DNA of 34,566 nt from an uncultured Candidatus Saccharibacteria bacterium (GTDB lineage Bacteria > Patescibacteriota > Minisyncoccia > Minisyncoccales > PWPS01), in the NCBI GenBank assembly GCA_964591185.1, contig CAZPZV010000003.1, positions 9,164 through 43,729 on the forward strand. Reading direction: 5' to 3'. The position numbers were made by a program, and so were the translations under genes. This document shows, in pieces, positions 32,248-34,566 of the stretch (positions are counted from its first letter, which is position 1; every line of letters starts with the position of its first letter). Below the pieces are notes generated by a model. It did not search any database. It saw only the letters and a list, made by a program, of their open reading frames with translations, and was not told the DNA's origin.

Positions 32248-32748
32248 TTGAAAAAGAAAAAAACACCAATAAATAACGATATAAGAGCAAAGGAAGTAAG
32301 GCTTGTTTCGGATGATAAAGAACACCATGGGGTGGTAAGCATAGAGGATGCCTTAAAGAAAGCGAAAGAAAAAGGATTGGACCTGGTACAGGTCACGGAT
32401 AATGTTGAACCCCCGGTTTGCAAGATAATCGATTACGGTAAATTTTCCTACAAGGAAAAAAAGAAAGGGAAGTCGAGCAAGCCACAGATGAAAGCCATAC
32501 GCCTTGGTTTTTCTATCTCTGAACACGACATGGAGGTGCGCGTACGTTCTGCGGAAAAGTTCCTCAAAGGAGGAAACTCGGTACGCATAGTGCTGCCCCT
32601 GCGTGGAAGAGAGAAAGCCCTTGGTGAAGTGGGAAAAGAGAAGATCAGCAAGTTCGTGGAAATGGTAAAAGAGAAAGAGGACATAAGAGTTGAGGGGGAG
32701 ATAAGTAGAGAGCCAAGAGGGCTTACGGTAACAATTTCCAAAAAATGA
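32248..32748 (+). CDS. infC: Translation initiation factor IF-3
   Basis: INNDIRAKEVRLVSDDKEHHGVVSIEDALKKAKEKGLDLVQV is the N-domain, and the C-domain follows. There is no ATG near the 5' end. The start is TTG 32248 or the in-frame ATT 32245. Confidence 0.9.
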   Translation: MKKKKTPINNDIRAKEVRLVSDDKEHHGVVSIEDALKKAKEKGLDLVQVTDNVEPPVCKIIDYGKFSYKEKKKGKSSKPQMKAIRLGFSISEHDMEVRVRSAEKFLKGGNSVRIVLPLRGREKALGEVGKEKISKFVEMVKEKEDIRVEGEISREPRGLTVTISKK

Positions 32749-32936
32749 AACCAAAAACGAAAAAATCAATAACCAAAAGATTTAGGATTACCAAGAACGG
32801 AAAGATTCTCCGTCGTCCTTCAGGTCACGGACACTACAACGCAAAGAAAACGGGCAAGCAAAGACGTCAGTCGCACCGCCTAGTCAAGGTTAGCGATAAC
32901 GAATTAAAAAAAATCAAAAGACTTTTAAAATACTAA
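32745..32936 (+). CDS. rpmI: 50S ribosomal protein L35
   Basis: MKPKTKKSITKRFRITKNGKILRR... An ATGA overlap links it to infC. Confidence 0.95.
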   Translation: MKPKTKKSITKRFRITKNGKILRRPSGHGHYNAKKTGKQRRQSHRLVKVSDNELKKIKRLLKY

Positions 32937-32939
32937 ACC

Positions 32940-33287
32940 ATGTCACGTGTAAAAAGAGGAACAGCAGCACATAAAAGAAGAAAGAACGTACTCCAAGAAG
33001 CGAAAGGCTTTCGTTGGGGAAGAAGTACCAAGTACAAGGCGGCCAAAGAGGCGCTCATGCATGCTTGGAGCTACATTTACCGTGACAGGAGAAACAAAAA
33101 GAGAGAGTTGCGCAGGCTTTGGAACACCAGAATCAACGCCGCTTGCAGAGAGAATGGAACAACTTACAGTAGACTGATGGGGGCGATGAAAAAGAAGAAC
33201 ATAGAGCTCGACAGAAAAGTGCTTTCTGAGATGGCTGTTTCACGCCCGGAAGTTTTCTCTAGTGTAGTCAAAGAGGCGCTAAAGTAG
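32940..33287 (+). CDS. rplT: 50S ribosomal protein L20
   Basis: MSRVKRGTAAHKRRKNVLQEAKGFRWGRS...RDRRNKKRELRRLW. Confidence 0.95.
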   Translation: MSRVKRGTAAHKRRKNVLQEAKGFRWGRSTKYKAAKEALMHAWSYIYRDRRNKKRELRRLWNTRINAACRENGTTYSRLMGAMKKKNIELDRKVLSEMAVSRPEVFSSVVKEALK

Positions 33288-33310
33288 TTTTTAATATATT
33301 GTATCTTGTA

Positions 33311-33339
33311 AAAGAAAGAGTTATCTCTTTCTTTTTTTT
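33311..33339 (+). terminator. Intrinsic terminator of the infC-rpmI-rplT operon
   Basis: AAAGAAAGAG-TTAT-CTCTTTCTTT forms a 10-bp stem that runs straight into a T-run. Confidence 0.75.
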
Positions 33340-33340
33340 A

Positions 33341-33369
33341 TCGACAAATAAGGTGAAAATTGTTATAAT
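33341..33369 (+). promoter_or_regulatory. Putative promoter of the Cys-rich protein gene
   Basis: TCGACA-N17-TATAAT. The spacer contains AAGGTGAAAAT, which is also found in the promoter-like element at 34515. Confidence 0.5.
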
Positions 33370-33411
33370 ATGCTTAGTTCTTTATTTAAATCATTAATCA
33401 GGGAGGTTCTA

Positions 33412-33801
33412 ATGAAAGTATTTGAAGAGTGTGGTTTTCGTCGGTCTTTTTGTCCGGAATGCTTTCCGGAGAACGAAGTTCATCCCGAAGAGTGTATGAG
33501 GATGTGCAGAGAGGATACCTTTTATCTGCAATGCCCCGACTGTAAGTCACGGTTGTGGTTTGACTACTACGGGTTCTCGGAGAACTCGTTCTTTTGCGAG
33601 GAGTGTGACAGGTCCGTCCATCGCACTGAAAGCATCCAGACAAAGAAGCTTTTGGAGGATATGCTCGATGACTGGAGAAAGATGGAGCGGACTTATGAAA
33701 GAGTGAGCAGTGATACTTTTTTAACCTCCCTTCGCAGAGACATCCTTCATCAGACAAGAAGGAAGATCTATCACCTGCGGGTGATGCTGGAGGGGAAGTA
33801 G
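33412..33801 (+). CDS. Cys-rich multi-zinc-ribbon protein (129 aa), function unknown
   Basis: I prefer the ATG at 33412 (MKVFEECGF...), which has GGGAGG 6 nt upstream. The track ATG at 33370 sits 1 nt after the -10 box. The protein contains CPEC, CPDC and CEEC pairs plus further Cys/His residues. Confidence 0.6.
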   Translation: MKVFEECGFRRSFCPECFPENEVHPEECMRMCREDTFYLQCPDCKSRLWFDYYGFSENSFFCEECDRSVHRTESIQTKKLLEDMLDDWRKMERTYERVSSDTFLTSLRRDILHQTRRKIYHLRVMLEGK

Positions 33802-33808
33802 AATTTTA

Positions 33809-33838
33809 AGGGCGGCGCTTTTATGGGCCGCTCTTTTT
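33809..33838 (+). terminator. Terminator-like hairpin overlapping the 3' end of the convergent smpB gene
   Basis: AGGGCGGC ... GCCGCTCT forms 7 of 8 possible pairs and is followed by TTTT. The 3' arm lies within the last smpB codons. Confidence 0.45.
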
Positions 33839-34267
33839 CATTTCTTGTCTCATTTTTCTCTCCGTGTCTCTTCGTTTTATCGTTTCCCTTTTATCCCACT
33901 TCTTTTTTCCTTTTGCTATACCTATCTCCAGCTTTATTAATCCTCTGGTGTCATACACACGCAAAGGAATGACGGTAACACCCTTCTCTTCCGCCTTTGT
34001 CGCCAGCTTGGCGATCTCTTTCTTGTTTAAAAGAAGCTTGCGGTCTCTTTTAGTGTTGTAATCAAAAGGAATGTTTCTTGGTTGATAGGGCGCTATATCA
34101 CAGTTAATCAGAAAAACCTCTCCATCTTTTACGGAGATGTAGGATCCTGCAAGTGATATCTTTCCTTGACGTACTGACTTTACCTCGTGCCCGTAGAGTT
34201 GCACTCCCGCTTCTATCTTTTCCAGGATGTGGTAATCAAAATATGCTTTTTTGTTTTTTGCTAGCAT
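33821..34267 (-). CDS. smpB: SsrA-binding protein SmpB
   Basis: NKKAYFDYHILEKIEAGVQLYGHEVKSVRQGKISLAGSY... followed by a basic C-terminal tail. The length is 148 aa. Confidence 0.95.
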   Translation of the reverse strand: MLAKNKKAYFDYHILEKIEAGVQLYGHEVKSVRQGKISLAGSYISVKDGEVFLINCDIAPYQPRNIPFDYNTKRDRKLLLNKKEIAKLATKAEEKGVTVIPLRVYDTRGLIKLEIGIAKGKKKWDKRETIKRRDTERKMRQEMKKSGP

Positions 34268-34514
34268 TGCCTAAAGATTAGCAGAAAAAGCTTCTTCTGC
34301 AAAACTTGAAACGAAAAATATTTTCGTATAGAGTATTAGTTAACATGGTTAAGAAATCTTCTTTTAAAGAAAAAAAGTGGGAGACAGTCATTGATTTCAC
34401 AAAAATGAAAAAGGGTGGGGTGAAATTGAAAGACGTTTTAAAATCACTTTCCAGAAAATAATTGGGGTGAGGTTTTTAGATAATGGGCTAGGCCTGTTTT
34501 TTTATTTCCTCAAA

Positions 34515-34543
34515 TAGACAACAAGGTGAAAATGAGATAGAAT
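34515..34543 (+). promoter_or_regulatory. Putative promoter at the window edge
   Basis: TAGACA-N17-TAGAAT, with AAGGTGAAAAT in the spacer. An ATG at 34552 (MREKV..., cut off by the window) begins 9 nt after the -10 box. Confidence 0.4.
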
Positions 34544-34566
34544 TAAGACTAATGCGTGAAAAAGTA

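Noticed and set aside
31797-32423. Minus-strand ORFs 31797..32009 and 32211..32423.
   Set aside because: They overlap the tmRNA gene and the infC 5' end and are artefacts of the RNA gene.
34345-34461. A 38-codon ORF (MVKKSSFKEKKWETVIDFTKMKKGGVKLKDVLKSLSRK) downstream of a TTGAAA-N17-TAGAGT-like element, divergent from smpB.
   Set aside because: It is too short, it lacks an SD, and nothing can be compared by eye. It may be a real small protein, but that cannot be verified here.

Overview
This is a gene-dense window (about 50 CDS, 5 tRNAs, 1 tmRNA) with moderate-to-low GC. It looks like a small-genome bacterium, most plausibly of the Candidate Phyla Radiation/Patescibacteria type. That placement is inferred from the gene content and the K/E-rich proteins, not from any search.

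The backbone is clearly bacterial: nusA, clpP, rny, greA, infC-rpmI-rplT, rpsT, ruvA, mutM, holA, a MurE-like ligase, smpB and tmRNA. Several genes usually associated with archaea or eukaryotes are embedded in it:
- a complete nine-subunit A/V-type ATPase, split into an A-B-D block and an H-I-K-E-C-F block by an opposite-strand archaeal-type UMP kinase;
- a presenilin/SPP-like intramembrane protease with YD, GxGD and PAL motifs;
- an Elp3 radical-SAM/GNAT enzyme, placed head-to-head with a Trm9-like methyltransferase so that their start codons overlap;
- a free-standing HTH-LAGLIDADG endonuclease in an AT-rich segment wedged between two tRNA genes.

Other notable content:
- a five-gene cytoplasmic signalling cluster (DUF2378-like sensor protein, PAS-only protein, PAS-PAS histidine kinase, two output-less receivers);
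- an AbiEii-like nucleotidyltransferase with a small partner ORF;
- a structured greA leader with two terminator-like hairpins, a 1:2/2:3 alternative-pairing triplet and a possible leader ORF;
- a cca gene followed directly by two CCA-less tRNAs;
- many near-consensus TTGACA-N17-TAnnnT promoters, several placed so that the ATG sits 6-8 nt after the -10 box, which predicts leaderless mRNAs.

I saw no CRISPR array, rRNA, IS element or transposase. All family assignments come from motif recognition by eye and need HMM/BLAST confirmation.
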